Source: Mustelus asterias
Taxonomy: Eukaryota
DNA: 64,000 nt
NCBI RefSeq assembly: GCF_964213995.1
Contig: NC_135816.1
Span: 80,414,001-80,478,000, forward strand
Direction: 5' to 3'
Positions 12,975 to 26,789 of this stretch are shown piece by piece. How positions within the stretch are numbered: the stretch's first letter is position 1; each line of letters opens with the position of its first letter. The notes beneath the pieces are model-generated. The model saw only the letters and a program-made list of their open reading frames with translations. It did no database searches and had not been told where the DNA came from. Both the position numbers and the translations under genes were made by a program.

Positions 12975-13821
12975 TGTTGTGAAGTTGAGGTTGTAAAGAT
13001 ATAAAGAATGTTTGTAAAGATATAAAAATATTGTAAAAAATGTTGGAGAGAAAGAAAACAGTGCGTGGTCCCTTTAAAAGCTGTTTTTGAGTTCTGTGCT
13101 AAAATTCAGTGTACACACAGACTGCAGGTGGCAATATTTCTTTCAAAAGGACCAAGCACCAGGGTTGACTTGTTAACAAGCTTTTGCATTCTGCCAACCT
13201 ATCTGTTTAAAAAGGACCATCAGATTTGAATTTGATATTGTTGACAACACCAAACCAATCCTGGTGTGAGAAAATTGTGAGGCATTCGTAGGTATAAAAG
13301 TCAAAGCAACAGCCATTTCTAAGGAGAACATCCCCAGAGGCCAGGGCAACCAGTCAGAAAAGCCAGCATTCATCTCTAAGAGCAGCTCTCCACTGTGCCA
13401 GTTTAAATATCTCTCAGGAGAATTATCCAGCTATGTAACAGAAGGGATACCGAGTCAGAAAGATCTGATAGACAGTGGACAACTACAGAAAAACTCCAAA
13501 AGCTTCCAAGTTCCATCAAGCCTGGCTGCATAATTTATTTGAGAGTGACTAAAATTCCATTATTACGTTTTTGGTAAGGAATGTTCCTGTATTATTCGAA
13601 CAGCATTTCAGTCGATCCGTAACTTAATTAATATGTTCCTTGTTTAGTTAAAGTTCCTAGTTATTTAAATAAACTATCTTGTTAATTATTCACTTAAAGC
13701 GAGTGTCAGGCCTTTATGTCAATGAACCTCTAAATGTTAATTAAGAACAGTTAACAGCTTCCCAGATAATTGTAGCAGATTTCGACACAAGGTAAAGGGG
13801 ATTAACCTCTGTGTTGTAACA
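12975..13821 (+). mobile_element. Solo LTR inserted into a minus-strand SINE
   Basis: TGTT...AACA termini, internal TATAAAA and AATAAA; the host SINE is interrupted at 12974 and resumes at 13822. Confidence 0.65.
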
Positions 13822-16475
13822 CTGGCTAGGCCATTTAAGAGTCACATGTATGTAGACCAGACCAGGAAAGGACCAGCATGGTCTCTAAAGGACCATGTAT
13901 CTCGTGTCCCAAAACCAAATGGGTTTTTACGGCAATCAACAATGGTTTCATTGTCATCATTAGAATTTTAATTCCAGGTTTTATGCATTAAATTCAATTC
14001 CCCCTTCTGCCATGGTGGGATTTCAACCCAGGTCCCCAGAGCATTATCATGAATCTCTGAATTACTAGTTTATCAATATCACTATGCCACCACCCCTCTG
14101 TAAAAAAAAATGTTTCATTAATTAAACACTATTTCCATCTCATCGGGAGCTCATACTTGAAAACCAAACAAAGTCTGGCCCTTTCTACTTTGAACTGCAA
14201 TTGAAAAGTCCAATTTTGTTTTGTTATTCAGTCTCATAAGTGGACATTCAATCTCGTGGAACTAATCCTATGTGTTTCACAGTTCCCAATGGTTTAATTC
14301 TGTTATTTTTCTTTCCCAATTATTGTCTTCCATCGCAACGTCTTATTGTGGGGATTTTTAGAGTCATAGAGGATTACAGCATGGAAGCAGGTCCTTCAAG
14401 CAGCACCTCAATCCCCAGACATATTTGAATTTTATTTAAGCTCTGACACATTTCTCCCTGGATCAGGGTTGAAGCTAAAATGTAAAGGCCGCCTGGCCAG
14501 TTGGCCCACCCACCAATTGTACAAGCAGGTGGACCACGTAAAACTCTGTTCCATTGGTCCCTCAATGGGCTAAAGTATCTGCTGGATTGTCGAGGGGAAC
14601 ATTTCCGACCCTCATGTGTGCCCAGCCACTGAAATATTATCGAGTGCGCAACGATGTTGGGACACCCGCCTGTTTACTTCTCCTGTGATTTCACACACTT
14701 CTGGGTCGGGTGTGCATCCACCCAAGCAACGTGTAATTCTGGCCTCAGGATCCTCTCATTCTGGAGTTAGGAACAACCAACATTTTCCACAACTGTAAAT
14801 ATCTGACATCTTTTCAATACCATAATCTGAGTCTTCATTTGATCTTTCAGATTTAAACCAACCAGATTTAGTGTCAGGTGGTTATCAGCATAGGTCAAAT
14901 GACCCCTTTTATTGAACTAAAATTTAAGGGCACATTCCCAAGCTATAACAGTCTTACAAACCAAAACATATAGTCCTAAAACAACATAGTCCTATAACCT
15001 GACACCTATAACATATGCAGTCACCCCAGTAACTCCATTTAATAGCAAATCTTAACATTCTGATCACTCTCTGGATTAAGACTGTGATGACTTCAGTCAG
15101 GCAAATAAGATTGGCCTGCTAAAGTATGAACTCCCTGATTGAGTCCTTGGTTGGACACAAAAAAGATGTCCCTGATTGAGTCCTAATTAATGGTCCAATC
15201 AGGGAGCCTCATGTTCCCTATTTAAAGCAGGTGTGTCAGTCTCTCTGCCTGCTGAAGCAGGGAGCACTCTGTTGTGTAGTGTATCTTATAAATAAAGGAA
15301 CATTTGGTGACGGGACCTTTGCCTCTGTGGATTTACTACAGTGGCGATGAGGGAAAAGGGAGTGACCTGAAGGAACTTGCTTAACCACCACACATTGAGG
15401 GTAAGCCATTGCTGGACAAACATGCTGCTGTTTGGGAAGTTGGACTCTTTTCACCCCACAGTGGAAGACTGGGCCCAACATGCGGAACAGATGAAGTATT
15501 TCTTCAGAGCTAACGTCATAGTCTCAGATGAAAAGCAACAGGTTATTCTGCTGACTGCTTGTGGACTTGCTATTATGCGCAGTTTAACTTTCCCGGAGGC
15601 ACTGGACACAACATCCTTCCAGGAGTGGACGGACTTAGTAAAAGAATCTTATGACCCTAAGCCACCTCTGATCCTGCAAAGGTCCTGGTTTTACTCGGCA
15701 TTCCGAGAGACAGGGGGGTCACTAGTTTCCTGACAAGATTAAGGCAATTAGCCGAGGCTTACGAATTTGGGGTGACATTAAATGAGATGCTCCAAGACCG
15801 ATTGGTGTGCGGAATAAATGATATGGCCATACAGAAACGTGTGTTGGCGGAGGCCCAGCTGAACTGTAAACACGTATTACAGCTGACTTTGTCTTTAGAA
15901 AAAGTGGCAAGCGGAGCGCATGAGCTACAGGATATTCCGATGGAGGTAGACACCAACACCAGTGCAACTGGATTAGGGGACTACCGCTACGGGGCAGGCC
16001 ACTACATAGCGGCCCTCAGGAAACATTCGGAGACGAGGGAGCCCAGGTCTGCCTATAGAACCGCCCTTAAGGCCGAATTAAGCCCAGAGCAACAGCAGTC
16101 ACTGCAGAGCCCCGCCCGACACGACATTGCAATGATTGCCAATGTCAGGAGGCGCTGAAGAAAAGCAAGGTTCCAAAACCGACATTTCTGAAAAGAACAT
16201 GTAGGCCGAGGGACAGGAGAATGCACAACCTGGAAGCTCCCCTCTACCTCTGACGAGGAACAGCTACTGTGCGTAGAGATGACAAAATCAGAACCTATCA
16301 AATTGTCAGCAAAACTGAATGGACGTCCAGTTTTAATGGAGGTCAACACAGTCATAGGGGAAACAGTGTTTAACAAGATACGCACTGGACTCCAACCCTT
16401 AGCCCTGACCAAATCTTTGGCAAGGCTCAGGACCTGTACGGGGGGAACCACTGAAAGTGATGGGTACAACCCATG

Positions 16476-17804
16476 TAAGAAGTCTCACAACCCCAGGTTA
16501 AAGTCCAACAGGTTTATTTGGTAGCAAAAGCCGCAAGCTTTCGAAGCACTGCCCCTTTGTCAGGTGAGTGGGAGTTCTGTTCACAAACAGGGCATATAAA
16601 GACACAAACTCAATTTATAAAATAATGGTTGGAATGCGAGTCTTTACAGGTAATCAAGTCTTAAATGTACAGACGATGTGAGTGGAGAGAGGGTTAAGCA
16701 CAGGTTAAAGAGATGTGTATTGTCTCCAGCCAGGACAGTTAGTGAGATTTTGCAAGCCCAGGCAAGTCATGGGGGTTGCAGATAGTGTGACATGAACCCA
16801 AGATCCCGGTTGAGGCCGTCCTCATATGTGCGGAACTTGGTTATCAGTTTCTGCTCAGCGATTCTGCGTTGTGTGTCGTGAAGGCCGCCTTGGAGAACAC
16901 TTACCCAAAGATCAGAGGCTGAATGCCCGTGACTGCTGAACCTCTCCAGCTACGTCGAGGGCATCCTGAAACCCATTGTACAGACTTCCTACAGAAATTC
17001 AGCACACATGGAGCAGTTGAACCAGGAGCACTCCTCGTCACAATGGATGTCTCAGCATCCCCCACGACGATGGCATTGCTGCAACTGCCTCAGTACTCAA
17101 TGCAGATAACTGCCAATCTCTAGATGCAATTTTACAACTCATCTGCTTCATCCTAGTCCACAACGTCTTCACCTGCAACAACCAGTTCTTCATCCAGACA
17201 CACGGAACAGCCATGGGGACCAAATTCGCACCTCAATATGCCAACATCTTCATGCACAGGTTCGAACAAGACTTCTTTACCGCACAGGACCTTCAACCGA
17301 TGCTATACACTAGATACATCGATGACATTTTCTTCCTTTGGACTCATGGTGAAAAATCACTGAAACAACTATATGATGACATCAACAAGTTCCATCCCAC
17401 CATCAGACTCACCATGGACTACTCTCCGGAATCGGTTGCATTCTTGGACACACACATCTCCATCAAGGACAGTCACCTCAGCACTTGACTCTATTGCAAG
17501 CCCATGGATAACCTCACGATGCTCCACTTCTCCAGCTACGGACAAACCCTCCGAATACACAGGATCTGCTCAGATGAGGAGGATCACAACAGACACCTCC
17601 AGACGCTGAAAGATGCCCTCATGAGAACAGGACATGGCGCTCGACTCATCGATCGACAGTTCCGCGCGCCACAGCAAAAAACCGCACCGACCTCCTCAGA
17701 AGACAAACACGGGACACAGTGGACAGAGTACCCTTCGTCGTCCAGTACTTCCCCGGAGCGGAGAAGCTACGACATCTTCTCCGGAGCCTTCAACATGTCA
17801 TCGA
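16476..17804 (+). mobile_element. Penelope-like element fragment: inverted pLTR (16476-~16940) plus RT fragment, 3' end deleted
   Basis: GTAMGTKFAPQYANIFM and YTRYIDDIF motifs; left part is the reverse complement of the PLE 3' end. Confidence 0.92.
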
Positions 17805-18792
17805 AATTAAAAGATTGGAGCATAAAGGAATAATAAAACCGGTCCAGTTTTCAGAATGGGCGGCATCCGTGGTCCCTATCGTAAAGCAAGACAGCTCAGT
17901 GTGTCTTTGTGGCGATTTCAAACAGACGTAAGTCATTACTCTCAGCTCGATAAATACCTAATTCCCCGGATCGAGGATCTTTACGCAAAGTTGGCAGGAG
18001 GACTCTTATTCACAAAACTGGAATGAATCACGCGGACCAGCAGCTGCAGCTAGACAGAGATTCACAAAAATTTGCTCCAATAAAGATGCTGAAAGGCCTT
18101 TTTCAGTACAAAAGATTACCCTTCGGGGCATCGTCAGCTTGTGCCATATTCCAGAGAACCATGGAGAGCATAATACAGGGATTGCCACAGGTTGCCATTT
18201 ACCTGGACAATGTCCTCATTCTAGGAAAAACAAGGGTGGAACACCTGCAAAACCTGGAGGAAGTCCTTCGGAGATTTGCAGCCACATGTGTGCGTTTGAA
18301 AAGAGAGAAATTTGTCTTTTTAGCACTGCAAGTAACCTACCTGGATTAAAAAGTAGAAAGGTCGGGCTTACATCCTCTGGAGGATTGGGTGGGAGCAATA
18401 AAAGATGCCTTGGTCTTCACCACAATCCAGGAGTTACGGTCATTTTTAGGGCTGGTGGCATTTTATGGGAAATTCATACAGAACAGGGCCTCCATTCTGG
18501 ATCCCCTTCACCAGTTACTTGAAAAGGAGCAACCCTGGGAATGGTTGGCCCTCCAAGACTGGGTCTTCAAGAAAATTCAACAACAGCTCTCATCAGAAAA
18601 TGTTTTAGTGCATTATCACCCCAGGAAAGAATTAGTGCTCACCTGCAACGTGTCCTCATATGGGGTTGGCGCAGTCCTGGCACACGGATGGCAAAACAGA
18701 CAGGAGTGGCCAATAGCGTATGCCTCCAGGACCCTGGCAATGGCAGAGTGAAGATATGCCCAAATCGGAAAAGAAGGTCTGGCTGTAATTTT

Positions 18793-19123
18793 GAATCATA
18801 GAATCCCTACAGTGCAGAAAGAGGCCATTTGGCCCATCGAGTCTGCACCGACCACAATCCCACCCAGGCCCTACCCTCATTTTACCCACTAATCCCTCTA
18901 ACCTATGCATCTCAGGACACTAAGGGGCAATTTTAGCATGGCCAATCAACCTAACCCGCACATCTTTGGACTGTGGGAGGAAACCGGAGCACCCTGAGGA
19001 AACCCACGCAGACATGGGGAGAATGTGCAAACTCCACACAGACAGTGACCCAAGCCGGGAATCGAACCCAGGTCCCTGGAGCTGTGAAGCAGCAGTGCTA
19101 ACCACTGTGCTACCATGCCGCCC
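18793..19123 (-). mobile_element. HE1-type SINE inserted in Gypsy RNase H
   Basis: Reverse complement of the 4183-4494 family; Gypsy sequence resumes at 19124. Confidence 0.92.
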
Positions 19124-21059
19124 AATCTTCGCAGTAAAAAAATTCCACCAATATCTATGTGGGTGAAAATTCACAATCGTCACTGATCACAAACCCTTGC
19201 TGGGCCTACACAAGGAGGACAAAGCAGTGCTGCTAATAGTTTCAGCCCGGATCCAGCACTGGGCATTATTATGGCAGCATACCAATACCGGCCAGGGACT
19301 CGAGTGGCAAACACCGATGCCCTAAGCTGGCTACCATTACTGGACACCCCACCTTTGGCACCCAGAGTAGAGGAAACGGTGATGACACTAAACCTCTTGG
19401 ATACCCTCCCGGTGGCCGCACACAGCATATGCCAGTGGACACAAAAGGACCCCTTATTAGCAAAGGTAAAGCACCTGCTGCTAACAGGAGAGTTGGAAAG
19501 ACCAGTCCAGCCATAGTTCCACCCTGATTGGAGCAGAAGAGAGCAGATCTCTATGGAAGACAGGATACCGCTAGGGGGAGCAAGAGTCATAGTCCCAAGT
19601 CAGAGCCGTCGGGCCATCCTGGCTGAACTCCACCATGGGTACCCCGGAGTGTTCAAAATGAAGATGCTGGCCAGGATCTATGTCTGGTGGTCAGGTCTGG
19701 ATACAGACATGGCAGATTTGGTGGGACAGTGCCAACAGGGGCAGAAGGCGTCACCAGTAACCCAGTACACCCGTGGGAATGGCCAGGTCGACCATGGTCG
19801 CGACTCCATGTTGATATTGCAGGCCCGTTTATGGGGTCCATGTTTTTGGTAATAGTAGATGCCCATTCCAAATGGTTGTACGTCAACAAACTGAACTCGG
19901 CAAACATAATGCTAACCGTTGAGAAACTGCGCACCTTGTTTGCGAGGCACGGGATCTCAGAGGTATTAGTTTCCGACAATGGATCCGTTTTCACCAGCCT
20001 AGTGTTCACAAAATTCATGAATTCGAATGGGTTTTGGCACATCAGGACGGCACCTTATCACCCGGCATCAAATGGGCTAGCGGAGAGATCAGTGCCAACC
20101 TTAAAAGCCGGGTTGGAAAAACAGCCAGTGGCCTCATTAGAGACTAAACTCTCGCGCTGGCTATTCGACTATAGAACAACTCCACACACCACCACGGGAA
20201 TAACTTCAGCAGAATTACTGATGGACAGACGATCCCGCACCAGACTGAGAGGGAAAGTGGAAAAACACCAAGAAGCCCATTGCCGGGGCCATGACAACTC
20301 TCACCAAGAGAGGCGAGAAAGTCTGGGTAAGAAATTATACAAATTGACCCGCATGGATAACGGGAAAAGTCGAGTTCAGGAGGGGACCGGTATCCTACCA
20401 GGTGGGTGAGGCCGTCTTAAGGAAACACCTAGATCAGGTCCGTGCCTCAAACTCATCACCCGTTCCTGAGCTGAGTCAGCCTTGCAGTCCTAGGGCCGAG
20501 CAGAGTCCTCCTCGACGGGCCAGTACCATCTCTCTACTGGTGAGGACCTCAGAGTCCGAGATGGACACAGGGAACGAAGCTGCAGCAGTTCCCTTACTAT
20601 CAGAAGTGGAAGAGGAACCAGCCTTCTGGCATTCGCTGTGGAAGAGATGAGCACCCAACTGACACACTCGCCGACATCAGAGGCCAAGCTGGAGGATCAA
20701 ACCCAGCACTCAAGCGGAGAAAAAGACCCCTGAAGAAAGTTGACCGAGAGGATTTGGGGGGGGGGAGGAGTGTGATGAGTTCAGTCAGGCTAATGAGGTT
20801 GGCTTGCTACAGTATGAACTCTCTGATTGGGCCATTAATTAGGACTCAATCATGGAGCCTCATGTGCCCTATTTAAAGCAGGCGTGTCAGTATCTCTGCC
20901 TGCTGAAGCAGGAAGCACACAGGGAGCACTCTGTTGTGTTGTATATCTTGTAAATAAAGGAACTTTTGGTGACGGGATATTCGCCTCCGTGGATTTATTA
21001 CAAAAACATTTCCCTGAATTCTCAAATGGAGTAATCAGTGACAATCTTATATTTATAGT

Positions 21060-21690
21060 CCCTATTCCAGGGATGAAAGGATTGACATATGAGGAGAGAT
21101 TAAACAGTTTGGACTCATACTCGCTGGAGTTTAGAAGGCTGAGGGGGGATCTGATCAAGGTGATACTAAAAGGCGTTGATAAAGTAAACGTGGACCAAAT
21201 GTTTCCCCTTGTAGGGGTAATCTAAAACAAAAGGTCACAGGTATGGATTGAGAGGTGGTAGACATGAAACTATGAGGAGGAACTGCTTCTTGCAGAGGAT
21301 GATGAATTTGTGGAACTCGTTGCCCCATAGCATGGTGGAGTCTGAATTATTAAATGGTTTCAAGAAGGAGATAGATATATTTCTGTGAAAAAACAGGTTA
21401 AATGGACCGGTAAGGAGGTAGATTTGAGACCAGGGAGAGATCAGCCATAAACTAATTGAATTGCTCCTAATTCCTATGTTCCTGTGTTCCGATTCTAGTC
21501 TCACCCATAAGTGGAAACATTTTCTGTATGTCCATCCTATTAAGCACTGTGAATCGTGCTCCAAATGTGGTATAACTGAGGGATATGGAGACCAGAATTG
21601 TGCACAGCGCTCCAAATGTACTACAAGCAAGGTTTCATAAAAGTTTAACATAACTTCTCTCATTTTCAATTACATCTCAAAAAGTAAACT
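21060..21690. mobile_element. CR1 3' fragments (plus then minus orientation)
   Basis: PGMKGLTYEERL...SLEFRRLRGDLI; HLERCAQFWSPY. Confidence 0.8.
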
Positions 21691-22089
21691 CCAATGTGGG
21701 GCGATTCTCCCAGCCCACTGCGCTGCTTTCGCGGAGGCCGTGTAGCAGGCTTCCCGCTGGGCACCACGTGTCTCCGACCACTGGATTTCAAGCATTGTCA
21801 GCTCTGCGCCAGAAATCGGTGGGGTGGTGTATAAATTATGCAAATGATAATTTACATTTCATTCGCGGGCCCAGGACTGAAGTCTCTGGGCCCGCAATCC
21901 TCTCCACCAGCCCGCCCACCCCTGGCCAGGAGTGTTTCACTCCAATGGGGTTTATACCAGCTCCCCACCAGTGGGGAGGGGGTTGGGGTTCAGGATCGGG
22001 GAGGGGGGAGGGGTAAGCAGGGGAGATCGAGGCGGCCCAGGTGGGGGTGGGTGTCGGAGCTGGCCCGGACACGTCAGGGAGGTCAGTGA

Positions 22090-22335
22090 GACCGGGTGGG
22101 GGTGGGTGGGGGGAAGGGGGGGCGGGGTGGAAGGGGGGGGAGGGGGGCGGGGTGGAAGGGGGGGCGGGGTGGAAGGGGGGGCGGGGTGGAAGGGGGGCCG
22201 GGAATGGGGGTGGGGTGGAAGGGGGGGCGGGTGGAAGGGGGGGCGAGTGGAAGGGGGGGCGGGGGGGCAAGGGGGGCAGGGGGGAAGGGGGAGATGGGGG
22301 GAAGGGGGCGGGGGAGATGGGGGCGCGGGGAAGAG
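22090..22335. repeat. G-rich low-complexity tandem repeat (about 18 bp, GGGGTGGAAGGGGGGGC-like)
   Basis: Direct reading; source of the spurious Gly/Pro ORFs. Confidence 0.9.
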
Positions 22336-22479
22336 AGCAGGCCACAGGTCTGACCAGCGATCGAGCTGACCAGAGACCGGCTGTGTGGGGCTCCTGTGCA
22401 TGCACTGATCCTGGCACTGACAGATCAGCGCATGCACAGTGACCCGCTCAGCGCTATGCCGCTGGCCGGTGCCCAGCGG

Positions 22480-25371
22480 GAAAGCAGACAAGATACCGAA
22501 AGGACTACGGATCACGAACCCACTCAGGTCAACATATAACACAGACTACGCTGAGAGACTTTGCCGTCGCACCTCTCTCACACTCCTCAAACACCTCATA
22601 CACCAACTCTACAGCAAACGCCGCAGCCTGGAAACCAAGATAGAATCCATATTCTCAACTTGCGCTCAAGACGCAGACCAGCTGCAAAACTCTGCCAAGC
22701 AGACGAGACAAAGGAACTACACCATCTACATGCACACCAAGAACAGGAAACTCGAGAAACTCGGCATCACCACCAGCAGCAACCAAGCCTCCCCCGGTAC
22801 CACAGTAGAAAACAATACCACTGCAGGAAAGTCCATTGTCAACTTGTCGGACTACACACTTCAGCCAGATGAAATCGAAGTTCTCAGCCGAGGGCTCAAC
22901 TTTTGCCCCACGACCAAAATAGACCCCATCAGTCTCGCAGCGGACACAGAGGAATTCATCAGGCGAATGAGGCTGCGGGAGTTCTTCCACAAACCCCAAG
23001 AGGCCAACAGCGAACACAATGAGACAGCTAATGAACCGGAACAGCAGACAGAGAGATCCGCAGTGCAACCGAAGAGGAAAGAGTCGAATTGGACTCCTCC
23101 GGAAGGCCGCTGCCCTCAACTTGACATGTATGCCCAAGCCATCAGGAGGTGCGTCAACACCAAATTCATCAGCCGCACTCACAAGACAGCCCCGAACATC
23201 ACCCAAGCACAACGCAACGCCATCCAAGCTCTCAGGACCAACCGCAACATTGTCATCAAACCAGCAGACAAAGGAGGGGCCATTGTCATACTGAACAGAA
23301 CGGATTACTGCAAAGAAGTGTACCGACAACTGAACAACGAGGAACACTACAGACAGTTACCCACAGATCCGACCAAAGAACACACCCGTCAACTCAACAC
23401 TCTGATCAAAACCTTTGATCCGGACCTTCAAAACACCCTCCGTGCTCTCATCCCACGTACTCCACGCGTTGGAGATCTCTACTGCCTCCCAAAGATACAC
23501 AAGGCAAACACGCCCGGCCGTCCCATCGTTTCAGGCAATGGAACCCTGTGCGAGAACCTCTCCGGCTACGTCGAGGGCATCTTGAAACCCATTGTACAAA
23601 GAACCCCCAGCTTTTGTCGCGACACTACAGACTTCCTACAGAAACTCGGCGCACATGGAGCAGTTGAACCAGGAGCACTCCTCGTCACAATGGATGCCTC
23701 GGCACTCTACACCAGCATCCCCCACGATGATGGCATTGCTGCAACGGCCTCAGTACTTAATGCCGTCAACTGCCAGTTTCCAGATGCAATTTTACAACTC
23801 ATCCGCTTCATCCTGGACCACAATGTTTTCACCTTCAACAACCAGTTCTTCATCCAGACACACGGAACAGCCATGGGGACCAAATTCAAACCTCAATATG
23901 CCAACATCTTCATGCACAGGTTCGAACAGGACTTCTTCACCGCACAGGACCTTCAACCGATGCTATACACCAGATACATCGATGATATTTTCTTCCTTTG
24001 GAGTCATGGTGAGCAATCATTGAAACAACTATATGATGACATCAACAAGTTCCATCCCACCATCAGACTCAGCATGGACTACTCTCCAGAATCGATTGCA
24101 TTCTTGGACACACGCATCTCCATTAAGGACGGTCACCTCAGCACCTCACTGTACCGCAAGCCCATGGATAACCTCACGATGCTCCACTTCTCCAGCTTCC
24201 ACCCTAAACACGTTAAAGAAGCCGTCCCCTACGGACAAGCCCTCCGTATACACAGGATCTGCTTGGATGAGGAGGATCGCAACAGACACCTCCAGACGCT
24301 GAAAGATGCCCTCATAAGAACAGGATATGGCGCTCGACTCATCGATCAACAGCGAAAAACCGCATCAACCTCCTCAGAAGACAAACACGGGACACGGTGG
24401 ACAGAGTACCCTTCGTTGTCCAGTACTTCCCCGGAGCGGAGAAGCTACGGCATCTCCTCCAGAGCCTTCAACATGTCATTGATGAAGACGAACATCTCGC
24501 CAAGGCCATGCCCACACCCCCACTTCTTGCCTTCAAACAACCACGCAACCTCAAACAGACCATTGTCTGCAGCAAACTGCCCAGCCTTCAGGAGAACAGT
24601 GACCACGAAATCACACAACCCTGCCACAGCAACCTCTGCAAGACGTGCCGGATCATCGACACGGATGCCATCATCTCACGTGAGAACACCATCTACCAGG
24701 TACACGGTACATACTCTTGCAACTCGGCCAACGTTGTCTACCTGATACGCTGCAGGAAAGGATGCCCCGAGGCATGGTACATTGGGGAAACCATGCAGAC
24801 GCTACGACAATGGATGAATGAACACCACTCGACAATCACCAGGTAAGACTGTTCTCTTCCTGTGGGGGAGCACTTCAGCAGTCACGGGCATTCAGCCTTG
24901 GATCTTCAGGTAAGCGTTCTCCAAGGCGGCCTTCACGACACACGACAGCGCAAAGTCGCTGAGCAGAAACTGATAGCCAAGTTCCGGACACATGAGGACG
25001 GCCTAAACCGGGATGTTGGATTTATGTCACATTATCAGTAACCCCCACAGCTTGCCTCCTGGGCTTGCAGAATCTCACTAGCTGTTCTTTCTGGAGACAA
25101 TACACATCTCTTTAACCTGTGTTTAATGCTCCCTCCACCACATTGTCTGTACCTTTAAGACCTGGCTGGCTTTAGGGATTCGCATTCTAATTAGTATTCT
25201 GTAACTTGATTTCTGTGTCTGTGCACTGTTGGAGAGCAGATATCCACTCCATCTGACGAAGGAGCAGCGCTCCGAAAGCTTATGGTATTTGCTACCAAAT
25301 AAACCTGTTGGACTTTAACCTGGTGTTGTGAGACTTCTTACTGTGTTCACCCCAGTCCAATGCCGGCCTCT
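22480..25371 (+). mobile_element. Long, 5'-truncated Penelope-like element: RT plus GIY-YIG endonuclease plus pLTR
   Basis: KPADKGG, LPKIHK, GRPIVS, GTAMG, RYIDDIF; EN motif VVYLIRC...WYIGET; frame break ~24350, stop at 24844, natural stop at 25041; imperfect TSD CCAGCGGGA/CCAGCAGGA. Confidence 0.97.
25249..25285 (+). ncRNA. Minimal type I hammerhead ribozyme motif in PLE pLTR
   Basis: CCAT-CTGACGA-A-GGAGC-AGC-GCTCC-GAAA-GC-TT-ATGG. Confidence 0.75.
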
Positions 25372-25926
25372 CCAGCAGGAAGAAGCCCCACCCACAGATT
25401 TCTAATGGGATTAATGCAAGGGGGCTCTCTGTGATGCACAGTATGGGAGATTAATTTTGAAAATCCTGCTGAAATAACCAGCGGAATTTACTCGGTTTTT
25501 ACGCAAATTCAGCACTTAGAATTCTGTTGGGAGAATCCCACCCGTTTGTTTGAAAAGTTCACAGCCTTATAAACAAGCACTGGTGCAGATAAAATTGTAT
25601 CAGTCTCTCTCTTACCATTCCTTTGTGAGTCTATCACCGGCTCCCTCTGATTAAAGTTGAACTTATCATTTCAATGACACACCCATTCTGCTTGTTTATC
25701 CACTACTTTGTGAGTGACCGGAGATTTACAGCAATGTTCCCCACATTCACACACACATGCTGAACTACCAGGAACAATGTCAATGTAATTCTGGGTCTAT
25801 CCCAATGTCGGAGGCTCCACAAACATTAACTAAACACAGAATAGAGACAGAGGCTGCACTCCAGATAATAAAGGTCCACTTACTGGAGTCACCAATGAGA
25901 ATTCCCAGGCTACAATTCCAAAACCT

Positions 25927-26223
25927 GGGCAGTCACAGTGGTTAGCCCTGCTGCCGGTTCAATTCCGGCCTCAGGTCACTGTCTTTGTGGAGTTTGCACG
26001 TTCTCCCCATGTCTGCGTGGGTTTCCTCCGGGTGCTCCGGTTTCCTCCCACATTCCAAAGATGTGCAGGTTAGGTTGATTGGCCATGCTTAAATTGCCCC
26101 TTAGTGTCAGGGGGATTAGCAGGGTAAATGCATGTGGTTACGGGGATAGGGCCTGGGTGGGATTGTTGTCAGAACAGACTCGATGGGCTAAATGGCATCT
26201 TTCTGCACAGTAGAGATTCTATA
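25927..26223 (+). mobile_element. HE1-type SINE
   Basis: Same family as 4183-4494, with a deletion in the head. Confidence 0.88.
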
Positions 26224-26462
26224 AGTTAATGTTTGTGATTGTAGTGAAAGACTGTGTTACAATCGACATGCATTCCATCCACCCGTCATATTGACACATG
26301 ACCTGCTTCAACCAAGAGGGTGAGGCAAATGGTTAAATTGGCAGATGGAGGGTTGAGTGGGGTTCAGAGTTGTTTTGTGAGGGTCTGAAGCGGGCGTGAG
26401 GGTGCTGGATATTACCGACATTCCTTCCTCATGTATCTTTTGTCTTTCAATCTGAATATCAG

Positions 26463-26747
26463 AGCCTGTGACAGGAACAAAGATCAGCTATCAGATCACA
26501 GAGAACTGTAACATCACCCTGAGCTGCTCAGTGAACACAGGCGACAACACCAGCTTCAGTTGGTGGATGGGACAAGAAACATTGAGGAATGACAGCATCC
26601 ATCATCTCTCTGAAAATGGACAGGAGTTACAGCTTCATTTCGCAGCACAGATCGAGGACAATGTGTACAAGTGTGAGGCCAGGAACCCAGTCAGTGAAGG
26701 CACTGCACACATCAAACTGAGGGACGTCTGCAATGTAACCAAACCTG
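26463..26747 (+). CDS. SLAM/CD2-family receptor exon 3 (IgC2 domain)
   Basis: ATCAG| and |GTGAGT, phase 1-1; VY-EPV junction, CNITLSC, FSW, YKCEARNPVS and a fourth Cys are the CD2/SLAM C2 signature. Confidence 0.96.
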
Positions 26748-26789
26748 GTGAGTGTCACAAATAAATCAGCAATTAGTTATTACACAGTC

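Larger units (their letters stand above)
15083..21002 (+). mobile_element. Gypsy (Mag-like) LTR retrotransposon with LTRs 15083-15340 and 20771-21002; nested PLE and SINE
   Basis: gag (LQDRLVCGIND), RT (YLDNVL), integrase ORF 19687-20409; PBS TGGCGATGAGG (tRNA-Ser-like); PPT before 20771; TSD AAGAC/AAAAC. Confidence 0.95.
21698..25543. mobile_element. TIR-bounded non-autonomous DNA element hosting a G-rich tract and a Penelope insertion
   Basis: GGGGCGATTCTCCCAGC at 21698 versus GTTGGGAGAATCCCACCC ending 25543 (imperfect inverted repeat). Confidence 0.55.

Noticed and set aside
21836-22542. Gly-rich and Pro-rich ORFs (also 35552-35948 and 39146-40101)
   Set aside because: Low-complexity sequence lacking stops in several frames
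22439-24745. 768-aa ORF as an intact PLE protein
   Set aside because: The first ~14 codons come from flanking DNA, the C-terminus is out of frame after ~24350, and the endonuclease frame has a stop at 24844
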